From an uncultured Victivallales bacterium (lineage in GTDB: Bacteria; Verrucomicrobiota; Kiritimatiellia; UBA8416), in assembly GCA_964609395.1 (NCBI GenBank), contig CAZSRU010000003.1:19635-83634 (forward strand): a stretch of DNA of 64,000 nt, in the 5' to 3' direction. The notes under the pieces were generated by a model that was given only the letters and a program-made list of their open reading frames with translations, searched no databases and was not told where the DNA came from. Below, in pieces: positions 29,938-40,264 of this stretch. Within the stretch, counting starts at the first letter, position 1, and each line of letters opens with the position of its first letter. The position numbers and the translations under genes are program-made.

Positions 29938-32076
29938 ATGAAACCGATTGACAATGCGAAGGCGCGATTGCTGGGTAAGACGGGGTACCGCTGGAGTTTC
30001 CGGCGGGTGGGCGGGGTTGATCAGGTCCTGCTGCGCAACGGCGAGGATATTGCCAACATCCCGGAGCTGGACCAGAAGCTCTGGCTGGCCCTGGGGATGC
30101 CTACGCGCGGTATCGCGCTGGATCCGCGCACGGCGGATCTGCTGGATACCGATGGCGACGGGCGCATCCGCCCGCCGGAACTGATTGCCGCGATCAAGTG
30201 GTGCGCGACAATCTTCGTGGATCTCGGCTGTATCATCGAGGGCGGCGACCGTGTTGCGCTGGCCAGCATCCGTGACGCCCGCATCCTGGCCGGTACCCGG
30301 CGGATCCTGAATAACCTGGGCCGGGCGGATGCCGAGGCGATTACGCTGAACGATGTCGCCAATCAGGGGGCGATCTTCGCCAACACGCGCTTCAACGGCG
30401 ATGGGGTGGTCCCGCCCGGTTGTGCCGAGGATCCGGCGGTTGCGGCCGCGATCACGGATATCATCAAGACCGGCGGCGGCACGAAGGACCGCAGCGGCAA
30501 GGATGGACTGGATGCTGCCGGACTGGATAAATTCCTGGCGGAGGCGAAGCGCGTCCTGGACTGGTCGCGCCGCGGACGTGAAGAACCCCCAGCCTATCCG
30601 TTGGATCCCGGGGCGACGGCACGGGCCGCGGCCGCGCTCAGTGCCGTTCGGGCCAAGGTCGATGATTACTTTGCGCGCTGCCGGGTGATCGGGTTCGACG
30701 AACGGGCCGCCGCCGTCCTGAACGGGGATGCCGCCGACTACAAACCCTTCAATGGCCAGATGCTGAGCGCCTCGGCATCGGAGTTGTCGGCGCTCCCGCT
30801 GGCGCGGGTGGCCGCGGACGCGGCCTTGCCGCTGGTGGACGGCCTCAACCCTGCCTGGGCGGGGGCGATGGCGATCCTGCGGGATCAGGCGGTCGCGCCG
30901 CTGCTTGGCGGTGATGCCCAGGAATTGAACGCCGAGGGCTGGTCGCGACTACAGGGGGCACTCGCCGCCTACGAGGCCTGGCAGGCGGCGAAACCGGATT
31001 CACCTGTGATGACGCTCGCCGAGGACCGCCTGGAAGCACTGACCGCCCCCGCGCTGGTCGAGGCGATTCGCGGGCTGATTGCCAAGGATGCCTCCCTGAA
31101 GGAGGAGAACGACCAGATCGGCAAGGTCGAGCAGATGATCCGCTTCCATCGCGATCTTTATGAAGTGCTCACCAACTACGTTAACTTCGCCGACTTCTAC
31201 GGTCAGACCTATGCCGTCTTCCAGGCGGGGAGTCTTTACCTGGACGCGCGGGCCTGCCATTTATGCATCGAGGTGACCGATGCGGCGCGGCATGCGGCGA
31301 TGGCGGGGCTTTCCAATGCCTACCTGGTCTACTGCGATATTTCCCGGGCCAGCGAGAAGCGCGGCATTGTGGCCGTGGTGACGGATGGCGATTCGCAGAA
31401 CCTGGGCGTTGGACGCAACGGCGTGTTCTATGACCGCGACGGCAAGGACTGGAGCGCGACGATCACCCGCGTGGTCTCGAACCCGATCAGCATCCGCGAG
31501 GCCTTCTGGCTGCCGTACCGCAAGCTCGTCAGGCTGGTCGAGGAGCAGATCGCCAAGCGGGCGCAGGCGGCCGAGGCCGCCTCCATGGCCCGCATGGATT
31601 CGACGGCATCCACGCTGGCAAGCGCCGACCAGGCAAGGCCGTCCACCGCCATAACCCCGGATGCTCCGAAAAAAATCGAGCTCGGGGCAATCGCCCTGAT
31701 CGGTACGGTGATCGGCGGTCTGAGCGCACTGGTGGCCGGCTTCCTGCAGGTACTCTTCGGGCTTGGCTACTGGCTGCCGCTCGGGTTGCTGGGTGTGATC
31801 TTGCTGATCTCGGGACCCTCCATGCTGCTGGCGGCGATCAAACTCAAGCAGCGCAACCTGGGTCCGATTCTCGATGCCAACGGCTGGGCGATCAACACCC
31901 GGGCGCGGATGAACCCGGCCTTCGGCGCGGCCCTGACAGAGCTGGCCCGCCTGCCTCCCGGCTCGGAGCGGTTCCTTAAGGATCCGTACGCCGCCAAACG
32001 GTTCCGCCCCTGGCGGACCGCCCTGCTGCTGGCCATACTGGCCGGACTGATCTACGTCCGGTGGAGAATGTGTTGA
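29938..32076 (+). CDS. Uncharacterised EF-hand-containing protein with C-terminal transmembrane segments
   Basis: Canonical EF loop DTDGDGRIRPPE at 30145-30180. No signal peptide. Hydrophobic helices near the C-terminus (IALIGTVIGGLSALVAGFL, WLPLGLLGVILLISGPSMLLAAI, and the terminal LLLAILAGLIYV). Confidence 0.75.
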   Translation: MKPIDNAKARLLGKTGYRWSFRRVGGVDQVLLRNGEDIANIPELDQKLWLALGMPTRGIALDPRTADLLDTDGDGRIRPPELIAAIKWCATIFVDLGCIIEGGDRVALASIRDARILAGTRRILNNLGRADAEAITLNDVANQGAIFANTRFNGDGVVPPGCAEDPAVAAAITDIIKTGGGTKDRSGKDGLDAAGLDKFLAEAKRVLDWSRRGREEPPAYPLDPGATARAAAALSAVRAKVDDYFARCRVIGFDERAAAVLNGDAADYKPFNGQMLSASASELSALPLARVAADAALPLVDGLNPAWAGAMAILRDQAVAPLLGGDAQELNAEGWSRLQGALAAYEAWQAAKPDSPVMTLAEDRLEALTAPALVEAIRGLIAKDASLKEENDQIGKVEQMIRFHRDLYEVLTNYVNFADFYGQTYAVFQAGSLYLDARACHLCIEVTDAARHAAMAGLSNAYLVYCDISRASEKRGIVAVVTDGDSQNLGVGRNGVFYDRDGKDWSATITRVVSNPISIREAFWLPYRKLVRLVEEQIAKRAQAAEAASMARMDSTASTLASADQARPSTAITPDAPKKIELGAIALIGTVIGGLSALVAGFLQVLFGLGYWLPLGLLGVILLISGPSMLLAAIKLKQRNLGPILDANGWAINTRARMNPAFGAALTELARLPPGSERFLKDPYAAKRFRPWRTALLLAILAGLIYVRWRMC

Positions 32077-32134
32077 ATTAATATTGAAGAAAGTTGGGTC
32101 GAGAAGCGTTTATAGTTTAAAAGGGAGGAAGACT

Positions 32135-35100
32135 ATGAAGAAGGCGATTGTGTGTGCGTTGCTGTTGCCGTTGCTGTCGTTACGGGCGGCTGATGGGAAT
32201 GATCTGGAATTCATGGAGGCGTTCGCCTGGGGGGATCGCGCGGCCGCCCTCACCCAGCTTGTGCCCGATACCGAGGACTATTTCTTCTACCATTGCCTGA
32301 GCTATCAATTGTCCGGGGATCGCGACGCTTTCCAGAAAACGCTGGATAAATGGGTCTCGCGCAACCGCAACAACTGGAACGAGCGGATGCTTGAAATGCG
32401 TCGTCGGCAGATGCTGCTGGATATGGATCGCTCGCCCGAGGCGGTCTGGGCGTTTCTCAAGCAGGATGCCGGTCTGTCCTTCAACCACCGCGCCCGCCAT
32501 GAGCAGACCAGCCAGCGCCATCCCTCGGTCATCAAGCCGGAACAATACAGCATTGACGCCTTCTGGCGGCAGCACGGGAATTCCGAACTCGATAAACTCA
32601 CCGACCGCGGTCTTGAGCTGCTCCCCGATCCGAATGCCAATCCGGATCAGCGCCGTGCCTTCCTGCGTCGATTGACGCTGCCGGATTATTCCGGTCTGGT
32701 CAAGCTGATCCTGGCCGATCTTGACTATAAGGAGCAAAACGGCAACATCACGGTCTTCGGCCAGATGCCGATCCATGGCAAGCTTACGACCGATCAGTTG
32801 GTGGAGCTTGTTGCGCAGCGTCCGGCACTGCTGCGCGAGGCCGACTATATCAATGCACGGCTGGTGCGGATGCCGCCGCCGGATGCCGACCTGGCGAATG
32901 ATTCCCCTGCTGCCGTGGCGTACCTGGAGAGTCTGTGGGCCTTTGTGGAGCCCCTTGAGCCGATCCATAACTCCCTCAAATCCAATATCCTGTATCAGCT
33001 CCTGTCCCATCAGCGCAAGCTGGGGGTGTACGATGCGGTCCGGTTCCGTGCCTATCTGGACCTACCACGGCAATGGGGCTTCATCCTCCGTGACCGGATG
33101 GCGCGCCTGCAGAAGGAACGGGCCGTGTGGGTGGATGTGAATTACCAGCTCGGCGGATCGATCAGCCTGCCGCCGATCGGGAACGATGAGCCGTTGATTC
33201 GCGAGTTCCTGATCGAACTGCTCAAGGATGCCGAGGATTCGTCGCGCTTCCAGGACATCTTCGAGGCCCGCTGGCTGGATTCGGTTTTCGCCGAAAGCAA
33301 GATCCTGCATGGCGTCGGCACCCCGGCGCAGTGGTCCTCGCGGCTTGGTCCGACAGCTTATCGCTCCCTGCTGGATCGCATTGAACTGGACTTCGCGCCG
33401 CAGAACCCCGCCTACTTCAAGCCGGGACAGCCCGTGGAACTGGCGGTGGACCTCAAGCGGGTGGACCGCCTGCTGGTCAAGGTCTTCGAGATCCAGACGT
33501 TCAATTACTACACCACCCGCCGCGCGGCGATTGACCAGGCCGTGGAGCTTGACGGCATGATCGCCTCGCACGAGCGCACGCTCGAGACGGCGGCCGATCC
33601 GTCGCGCCGCACACGCCACCGGATCGCGCTGCCGGAAATCAAGACGCGCGGCGTCTATGTGGTGGAGCTGATCGGGAATGGCGTCAGTTCGCGGGCCTTG
33701 CTGTATGTCGGCCACCTCGAGGCGATCAGCCAAGTGACTCCGGCGGGACTGGCCGTCATGGTTCTTAATGATGCTGGCGAAACGGTCAAGGACGCGGCCG
33801 TATGGATCGACGAACGCGAGTTCACGGCCAATGACAAGGGGCTGGTGCTGCTGCCGTTCACGGACACTCCGGGCACCCGTTTCGCCGTATTACGCGCCGG
33901 CGATTTCTGCAGTGCGCAGCAGATCGAGTTGCAGGATGAGGAGTATGCATTTTCCGCTGGTATCCATCTCGATCCCCAGAACCTACCGCGCCAGCACCGG
34001 GGAACGCTGATCCTGCGTCCCGATTTCCGCATTCATGGCATACCTATCGACCCGGCGCTGCTGGGAGAGGTCAAGGTCACCCTGACCGCTGTCGATGCCA
34101 AGGGCGTCAGCACGGCCCGCGAGTACAAGGCCACTTTCGCCCGCAATACCGAATGGTCGGAATCCTTTTACGTGCCGGATGCCCTGCGCAGTCTTTCAGT
34201 CGCCGTCGAGGCCAAGCTGAAACGCAAGCGGGATCTTGAGGAAATCACACTGAACGATCAACGGACCGTGGAGCTTAATCCGGCCCGCCGCGGGGATGCG
34301 CTTAGTCAGGTGTTCCTGGTGCCTGCCGCCGATGGATGGCGGCTTGAGGTGCGAGGCCTGACCGGCGAGCCGATCGGGGCGGTTCCCTTGAGTCTGGAAA
34401 TGTATCATCCCGGGTTCAACCATTCCGTGACAATCCATGCCAGCACCGATGCCGCTGGTGTGGTTGCCCTTGGACCGCTGACGGCACTTTCGCGGATTTC
34501 CGTTTCCGGACCGGGGAACCTGCGGTTGGATCGATCTTTGTCGGGGGCGGAGGTGGTGTGGCCTAGCCTACTGCACCTCAAGACGGGCGAAGCTGTCTCC
34601 CTGCCGTATCCTTATGACCGCCAAGCGGATCTGCGCCAGATTTCGCTTTTCAAGCAGCGTGGCGGCGCGGTTCTTGGCGGTGGCACCTCGATAGCTGAGC
34701 GGATTCGAATGATCGGGACGGAGGCGATTCTGTCTGATTGCTCGGCGCTGGTCACGCTCAAGGACGGGGAACTGCGGATCGAAGGCATGGAGCCGGGGCA
34801 ATACGAGCTCGTGGCGCATGAGAACGATCGTCGCATCTGGCTGGAGGTTGCCGAGACCGAGGCCCGTTCCGGGTATCTGCTGGGGAAGACCTCGCGTTGG
34901 CAGCAGACGGGCAATCGCCTGCCTTCAGCGGCCGAGGTGTCGGAAAAGGACGGCAACTTGCACCTGCGCCTGCGCAACGTTACAACCGGCACCCGCGTGG
35001 CGGTACGGGCCGCGCGCTATGTCGATCCGGGATCGGCATTTCCCGAGGGCTATGGCTTCACCTCGCCGGTCAAGCGCGACATGCTGCCTCCCTATGCCCA

Positions 35101-38100
35101 GTATGCCAACGGACGCCGCATCGGCGATGAATACCGCTACGTGCTGGAGCGTCGTTCGCTCGAGAAATTCGCGGGGACCCTGCTTGAGCGTCCCGGCCTG
35201 ATCCTCAATCCGTGGGAGCTGCGTGATACCACGGCCGAGCAGGAACGGCTGAAGGGCGATCAGGCTTATGCGTCCGGACGGCAACAGGTGGCTGCTGATG
35301 CGATGATGGAGGGTGCAGCCATGATGCGCTATGGCGGATCAGTCAGCCGGATGGGCGGGCGTGCCCCCCAGACCGTTGACATCGGGTACGACTTCCTGCC
35401 GCAGGGCAGCCAATGGGTCGTGAACGCCGTGCCTGACACGAATGGCGTGGTCACGATCCCGCTCGGCGACGCACCGGAACATACGGCGCTGGATATCGTC
35501 GTGCTGGACCGGTTCGGGCTCAGCCGGTTCCGGCATCTGAGACCGTACCAGTCCTTTAAACCCACCGATACGCGCCTGCTTAGCGGTATGAAGCCGGACG
35601 AGGCCTTCAGTCGCCAAAAGCGTATCCGGGCGCTGGCCACCGGGGAGAAGGTCACGTTTGCCGACACGGCTACGACACGTTACCGCGCCATCAGCACCCT
35701 GGGGCAGGCCTTTGACCTGCTGCAGGTTCTCAACGGCGATGCCACGGTGCCGGAGTTCGCCTTCCTCAAGAACTGGCCCACCCTGGATGAGGCTGCCAAA
35801 CGCGAAAAGTACGGCAAATACGCCTGCCATGAACTCAACCTCTTCCTGCAGCAACACGATCCGGACTTCTTCAAACGGGTCATCAAGCCTGCCCTGGCCT
35901 GCAAGAAGGACAAGACCTTTGTAGATCGCTGGCTGCTGGACGCGCTGACCGCCGAGGATCTGCGGCTGGATCGCCTGCAGCAGCGCAATGCGCTGGAACT
36001 GGCCTTGCTGGCCAAGCGCGGCGGCGATGCCAGCCAGATGCAGGCGGCCTTGCGGGAGGCGTGGGAACTGCTTCCACCGAACCCGGACGCCTTTGCGCGG
36101 CTCGTTCGTACCGCGTTGCAGTCGGGGGAGCTGGACAAGCCCGTTAGCGGTTTTGGATCTGCGGAAGGCGAAACAATAGACACGGGTGAGGCGGTAAATT
36201 CGCCGGTCATGATGAAGGCAGCCATGGCACCCAGGCCTGCGGCGGCGCGGCGCATGCGTGCAGAGTTGTCCGATTCTATGATGCTGCTGGAAGCTGCCCC
36301 TGCGCCTGCCGCTGAGGCGGCACCAAGCTTTGCGATGGCCGAGCCGATGGCGGATGCGGATAAAAAGGAGGCGGAGGAGACCGTGCTATTCGATATGGAG
36401 GGGGTAGCATTTGGTGGCGAAGAAGTCCGCCTGTACCGAGCCTTGCCGGCGACCAAGGAATGGGCCGAGCAGAACTACTACCGTGTTCGGGCCAAGGATG
36501 ATCTGCCCGCGCGTCTCCCCGCGAATGCGTTCTGGCTGGATGTAGCTGGAGGCAAGGCGCTGTCCGGTAACCTGCTGGAGGCGCATCGCAACCTGACTGA
36601 CGTGATCACCGCCCTGGCGTTCTGCGGACTACCGTTCGAGGCAGAGCCCGTCGCTGAGACGACCGGTACGAACGGCCTGACTCTTGCGGCGGCCTCTCCC
36701 GTGCTGCTGGTCATGGAGCAGGTCCTGCCCGCGCCGGTGGCGGCGGATGACCGTCCGCTGCTGATCTCGCAGCAGTTCTTCCGTCCCGATGACCTCTACC
36801 GCTTTGAGGGCAACGAGCAAATCGAGAAATTCGTTGCGGGTGAATTCGTGCGCCGGGTGGTGTATGGCGGACGCGTCACCCTGACCAACCCCACGGCCTC
36901 GCGCCGGGTGCTCAACGTCCTGCGTCAACTCCCCCTGGGGGCGATCCCGCTGCGTGACGGGGTGATGACCGATGACGGCGTGGTGCGGCTTGAACCGTAC
37001 ACCACCCAGAAGATCGAGTATTTCTTCGTCTTCCCGTTCGCGGGTCAGTTTGCCCAGTTCCCGGCCCAGGCCGCGGCGGGCGAGACCGTGGTGGGCAAGG
37101 CCGAGGCGCGCCAGTTCAACGTGGTGGATGAGCCGACCGAGGTGGACAAGACCTCCTGGGCTTGGATCTCGCAATATGCCCCGGCCGACGACGTGCTGGC
37201 ATTCCTCAAGGCGGAAAACCTGCGGCGGCTGGAGCTTAACGAGATCGCCTGGCGGCTCAAGGATCGCGGCTTCTTCACCCAGGTGACCGATCTGCTGACG
37301 GCACGGGGCCTGTTCCACGACACGACATTCTCGTATGGCATCTTCCACAAGGACGCTGACCGCACCCGCCTCTGGCTGGCCCGCAGCAGCCTGGCTGGGA
37401 GGGTGGGCCCGGTGCTGGATTCCCCGTTGCTGCAGGTCGATCCGGTGGAGTCTAAAGTCTACGAGCATCTGGAATACGATCCACTGGTCAATCCGCGGGT
37501 ACACCAGGTGGGCGAGAAGCACAAGATCCTCAACACGGCGCTCGATGCCCAGTACCGGTCGTTCCTGAGGACGGCGGCCTACCGGGCCAATTGGCCTGCC
37601 AGCGAACGGCTGGGGCTGGTCTATTACCTGCTGCTGCAGGATCGGCTTGCCGAGGGTTTTTCTGAACTGGCGAAGATCGACGACAAGGATCTGTACGACA
37701 AGGTGCAGGTGGATTACCTGCGTGCCTGGGTGGCGCTGCGCCAGCTTGATGTCAAGCGTGCTGCAAAGCTGGCTGAAGCGTACCAGGATTATCCTCTGCC
37801 GCGCTGGCAGGCGCGTTTCCGTGCGCTGACCCAGGCGATTGCCGAAGCGCAGGGGGCGGAAATCGCCGAGCTTGATACACCCAACCGGCAACAGGATCTC
37901 GACCGGCAGGCGGAGCGGACACCGTCCCTGGCGCTCAAGGCCGAGACGGGTAAACTCTGGCTGACGGCGCATCATGTCGGGCAGGTCACGCTGAACCTCT
38001 ACCCGATGGACATCGAGCTGATGTTCAGTCGCAAGCCATTCCTCGCGGAAGGAGCGACGGACTTCGCGGTGATCCGTCCGGCCTTGTCGCAGACGCTCAA

Positions 38101-38494
38101 GATCAAGGCCAACGGCGAGCCGGAAGAGCTGACGCTGCCGGCGGCCTATGCCAAACGCAACCTGATGGTTGAAGTCGTGGGCAAGGGGCGGCGTGCGGCG
38201 ACGGCCTGGTATGCCAACCAGTTGCGTGTGCGCGTGATCCAGGATTATGGGCAGATCGATGTGCGCGGAGCGGCGGATGGGAAACCCTTGCCAACGACGT
38301 ATGTCAAGGTCTTTGCGCGGGGGGCGGACGGACGCGAGCAGTTCTGGAAGGATGGCTACACCGATCTGCGGGGACGCTTCGATTACCTGTCCCGCAATGA
38401 TCGCAAGCCCGAGGAGGCCGTGGAATTCTCCATCCTCGTCCTGCATCCGGAGCTGGGCGCGGAAATCCACAGCGCAACGCCACCGGCGAGGTGA
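32135..38494 (+). CDS. Giant (2119 aa) exported protein, alpha-2-macroglobulin-like architecture (tentative)
   Basis: Signal peptide MKKAIVCALLLPLLSLRA. Segments resemble MG domains (YFKPGQPVELAVDL, GVYVVELIGNG, GKPLPTTYVKV..YTDLRGRF). Low-complexity Ala/Met/Glu segment at about 36180-36420. No CxEQ thioester motif seen. GGGAGG SD. Confidence 0.65.
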   Translation: MKKAIVCALLLPLLSLRAADGNDLEFMEAFAWGDRAAALTQLVPDTEDYFFYHCLSYQLSGDRDAFQKTLDKWVSRNRNNWNERMLEMRRRQMLLDMDRSPEAVWAFLKQDAGLSFNHRARHEQTSQRHPSVIKPEQYSIDAFWRQHGNSELDKLTDRGLELLPDPNANPDQRRAFLRRLTLPDYSGLVKLILADLDYKEQNGNITVFGQMPIHGKLTTDQLVELVAQRPALLREADYINARLVRMPPPDADLANDSPAAVAYLESLWAFVEPLEPIHNSLKSNILYQLLSHQRKLGVYDAVRFRAYLDLPRQWGFILRDRMARLQKERAVWVDVNYQLGGSISLPPIGNDEPLIREFLIELLKDAEDSSRFQDIFEARWLDSVFAESKILHGVGTPAQWSSRLGPTAYRSLLDRIELDFAPQNPAYFKPGQPVELAVDLKRVDRLLVKVFEIQTFNYYTTRRAAIDQAVELDGMIASHERTLETAADPSRRTRHRIALPEIKTRGVYVVELIGNGVSSRALLYVGHLEAISQVTPAGLAVMVLNDAGETVKDAAVWIDEREFTANDKGLVLLPFTDTPGTRFAVLRAGDFCSAQQIELQDEEYAFSAGIHLDPQNLPRQHRGTLILRPDFRIHGIPIDPALLGEVKVTLTAVDAKGVSTAREYKATFARNTEWSESFYVPDALRSLSVAVEAKLKRKRDLEEITLNDQRTVELNPARRGDALSQVFLVPAADGWRLEVRGLTGEPIGAVPLSLEMYHPGFNHSVTIHASTDAAGVVALGPLTALSRISVSGPGNLRLDRSLSGAEVVWPSLLHLKTGEAVSLPYPYDRQADLRQISLFKQRGGAVLGGGTSIAERIRMIGTEAILSDCSALVTLKDGELRIEGMEPGQYELVAHENDRRIWLEVAETEARSGYLLGKTSRWQQTGNRLPSAAEVSEKDGNLHLRLRNVTTGTRVAVRAARYVDPGSAFPEGYGFTSPVKRDMLPPYAQYANGRRIGDEYRYVLERRSLEKFAGTLLERPGLILNPWELRDTTAEQERLKGDQAYASGRQQVAADAMMEGAAMMRYGGSVSRMGGRAPQTVDIGYDFLPQGSQWVVNAVPDTNGVVTIPLGDAPEHTALDIVVLDRFGLSRFRHLRPYQSFKPTDTRLLSGMKPDEAFSRQKRIRALATGEKVTFADTATTRYRAISTLGQAFDLLQVLNGDATVPEFAFLKNWPTLDEAAKREKYGKYACHELNLFLQQHDPDFFKRVIKPALACKKDKTFVDRWLLDALTAEDLRLDRLQQRNALELALLAKRGGDASQMQAALREAWELLPPNPDAFARLVRTALQSGELDKPVSGFGSAEGETIDTGEAVNSPVMMKAAMAPRPAAARRMRAELSDSMMLLEAAPAPAAEAAPSFAMAEPMADADKKEAEETVLFDMEGVAFGGEEVRLYRALPATKEWAEQNYYRVRAKDDLPARLPANAFWLDVAGGKALSGNLLEAHRNLTDVITALAFCGLPFEAEPVAETTGTNGLTLAAASPVLLVMEQVLPAPVAADDRPLLISQQFFRPDDLYRFEGNEQIEKFVAGEFVRRVVYGGRVTLTNPTASRRVLNVLRQLPLGAIPLRDGVMTDDGVVRLEPYTTQKIEYFFVFPFAGQFAQFPAQAAAGETVVGKAEARQFNVVDEPTEVDKTSWAWISQYAPADDVLAFLKAENLRRLELNEIAWRLKDRGFFTQVTDLLTARGLFHDTTFSYGIFHKDADRTRLWLARSSLAGRVGPVLDSPLLQVDPVESKVYEHLEYDPLVNPRVHQVGEKHKILNTALDAQYRSFLRTAAYRANWPASERLGLVYYLLLQDRLAEGFSELAKIDDKDLYDKVQVDYLRAWVALRQLDVKRAAKLAEAYQDYPLPRWQARFRALTQAIAEAQGAEIAELDTPNRQQDLDRQAERTPSLALKAETGKLWLTAHHVGQVTLNLYPMDIELMFSRKPFLAEGATDFAVIRPALSQTLKIKANGEPEELTLPAAYAKRNLMVEVVGKGRRAATAWYANQLRVRVIQDYGQIDVRGAADGKPLPTTYVKVFARGADGREQFWKDGYTDLRGRFDYLSRNDRKPEEAVEFSILVLHPELGAEIHSATPPAR

Positions 38495-38500
38495 CCGGAA

Positions 38501-38590
38501 AATCGTGATCCGTAATCGTCGCCCGTAATCGCTCGCCGGGTCGTATATTGGTCGGTTGACGATAGCGGGCGACGATTACGGATTACGATT
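38501..38590. repeat. 25-bp-arm inverted repeat built from CGATTA-like hexamers
   Basis: AATCGTGATCCGTAATCGTCGCCCG (38501-38525) and CGGGCGACGATTACGGATTACGATT (38566-38590), with one G.T pair. Lies between convergent genes. Confidence 0.9.
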
Positions 38591-38637
38591 AATACCTGGA
38601 GGGCCGGGTTCAACCCCGGCCGCGCGTTGCAAGCCGC

Positions 38638-39909
38638 TCAAATTGCCGTCGCGTTGGCCAGCAGGTAGTTCTCGGCTTCCGCGCTCCAGAGTCCGTTGCT
38701 CGCGGCGACGATCTCGCCGAGTTTGCGGTAGAGCGGGTTGTTGCTGGCCGCCAGGTCATCGAGCGCGGTCAGCGGCATGCTTATACCGGTGTAGACCAGC
38801 TTTTTCCCGCCCGGGATCTTGGGCAGGTTCAGCGTGGTCTCGATCACGGCATCCAGTCCGCCCACGTGGGTGATCATCACCGACGGGTTCAGACGGCCTT
38901 CCGCCATCAGCTTGAGCGACTCGCGCATATCGTCCGTATTGCCGCCGCTGGTGCCGACCACGTGCGTGGCGGCGTAGTGGACATTGTAGAAGTTGAACTC
39001 CGCCTTGAACTCGGGATCCGTCGGGCCGGCGAAGAAGTTCAAGCAGCCGTCGAACGCCAGCAGTTTATCGGCCTGCTCGACGACGGGGCGTACCGGCGCA
39101 TAGACGAACACGTCGTTGAAGCCTTCAGCGCCAGGCGTGAGGGATTTCAGATAGTTGAGGTCCTTGCCCGGCTCGCTGGTGTTGACGTAGACGAGCTTGA
39201 CCCCGTTGGCGGCGGCCTCCTCGACGGTGAAGATCGTCGCGGCCCGGGCGAGGCGCGCGTTGTCGATATCCGTCACGACCAGCAGTCCCGGTTTACGGTC
39301 GGCATGGATCGCGTAATCGATCGCGCCCAGGCCCATGGGGCCGACGCCCGCGAGGATCGCGGTCGCCCCGCCCTCGACGATGCCCATCTCGTGCACATAG
39401 CTGCCCGGTTTTGTATGGTAATTGGCATGATACCCGCCGACGATGCAGGACATCGGCTCCGCCAGTGAACCGTGGAAGAATGCCTCGCCATCGAACGGCA
39501 AAAGGCACTTGAGTTCCATCACGGTGGAGGGGATGACGATGTACTGCGCATCACCGCCGATATAGCGGTATGAATAACCGGGGGCGGAAAGGATACCCAC
39601 CGGACCTTGCGGGTCGTTCAGCGCCGGCTGGATCGAGAATTTATCGCCTTCCTTGAATTGCGAGGCCCATTTCGCGCCGACTTGCACGAGTTCCCCGCAG
39701 AATTCGTGGCCGATGATGATCGGGTTCTCGGCGACATCGCCCGGGATTCGCTTGTGTCGGGTGCCCTGGGAAGCCGCCTTGTAGGACGACATGCAGATGC
39801 TGTCGGACACGATCTTCGCCAGGATCTCGCCATCCTTGATGGCGGGAAGCTCGAATTCCTCGAGCCGTAGGTCTTTTTCGCCGTATAGCCGGATTGCTTT
39901 GGTTTTCAT
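38638..39909 (-). CDS. Medium-chain dehydrogenase/reductase, L-sorbose-1-phosphate reductase (SorE)-like
   Basis: DSICMSSYKA, IIGHEFCG, SLAEPMSC, AGVGPMGLGA, GTSGGNTDDM, THVGGL, IPGGKKLVY. Confidence 0.8.
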   Translation of the reverse strand: MKTKAIRLYGEKDLRLEEFELPAIKDGEILAKIVSDSICMSSYKAASQGTRHKRIPGDVAENPIIIGHEFCGELVQVGAKWASQFKEGDKFSIQPALNDPQGPVGILSAPGYSYRYIGGDAQYIVIPSTVMELKCLLPFDGEAFFHGSLAEPMSCIVGGYHANYHTKPGSYVHEMGIVEGGATAILAGVGPMGLGAIDYAIHADRKPGLLVVTDIDNARLARAATIFTVEEAAANGVKLVYVNTSEPGKDLNYLKSLTPGAEGFNDVFVYAPVRPVVEQADKLLAFDGCLNFFAGPTDPEFKAEFNFYNVHYAATHVVGTSGGNTDDMRESLKLMAEGRLNPSVMITHVGGLDAVIETTLNLPKIPGGKKLVYTGISMPLTALDDLAASNNPLYRKLGEIVAASNGLWSAEAENYLLANATAI

Positions 39910-40022
39910 AAATGGTCTCCTTATATTCGTATTTGTTCTATTAACTTACCAGTCAATATACACACACAGAAGTCCACTGTAAACCACAAAAAACCACATA
40001 AAACAAAACCAGGGGTGGTGGT

Positions 40023-40067
40023 GGGTAAAGTCGAAAGATCGAAATTCAAACAACATCCAACGTCCAA
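40023..40067 (+). repeat. GGGTAAAGTCGAAA family repeat, copy 2, followed by CAACATC/CAACGTC heptamers
   Basis: gggtaaagtcgaaagatcgaaattcaaacaacatccaacgtccaac. Confidence 0.8.
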
Positions 40068-40264
40068 CGGAAGATGGGAGCTTTGGAAGCAAGATGCCCG
40101 CCACCTTGGGGTGGCCTTTCAACCTTTCCATCTGGCTTAAAATGCTGCGTACGGGGTGGAACCCGGCCATGGGTTGTTTTTTGTGTTATCGGTCTGAAAG
40201 TTTTGGCTTCTGTCTTTTGGTTGTTGTCTGTAGTCTATCCCGACATCTTTGAGAAGGGGCGGGA

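Noticed and set aside
36629-38470. Long antisense ORFs (613 aa here; also 4335-6290, 43235-44809, 21408-22685, 23519-24625, 51479-52705 and others)
   Set aside because: They lie opposite well-supported genes, have no recognisable motifs, and are expected from codon bias in GC-rich genomes.
32135-38494. Classical thioester alpha-2-macroglobulin (YfhM-type)
   Set aside because: No CxEQ motif, no lipobox and no adjacent pbpC. Only a looser macroglobulin-like call is retained.
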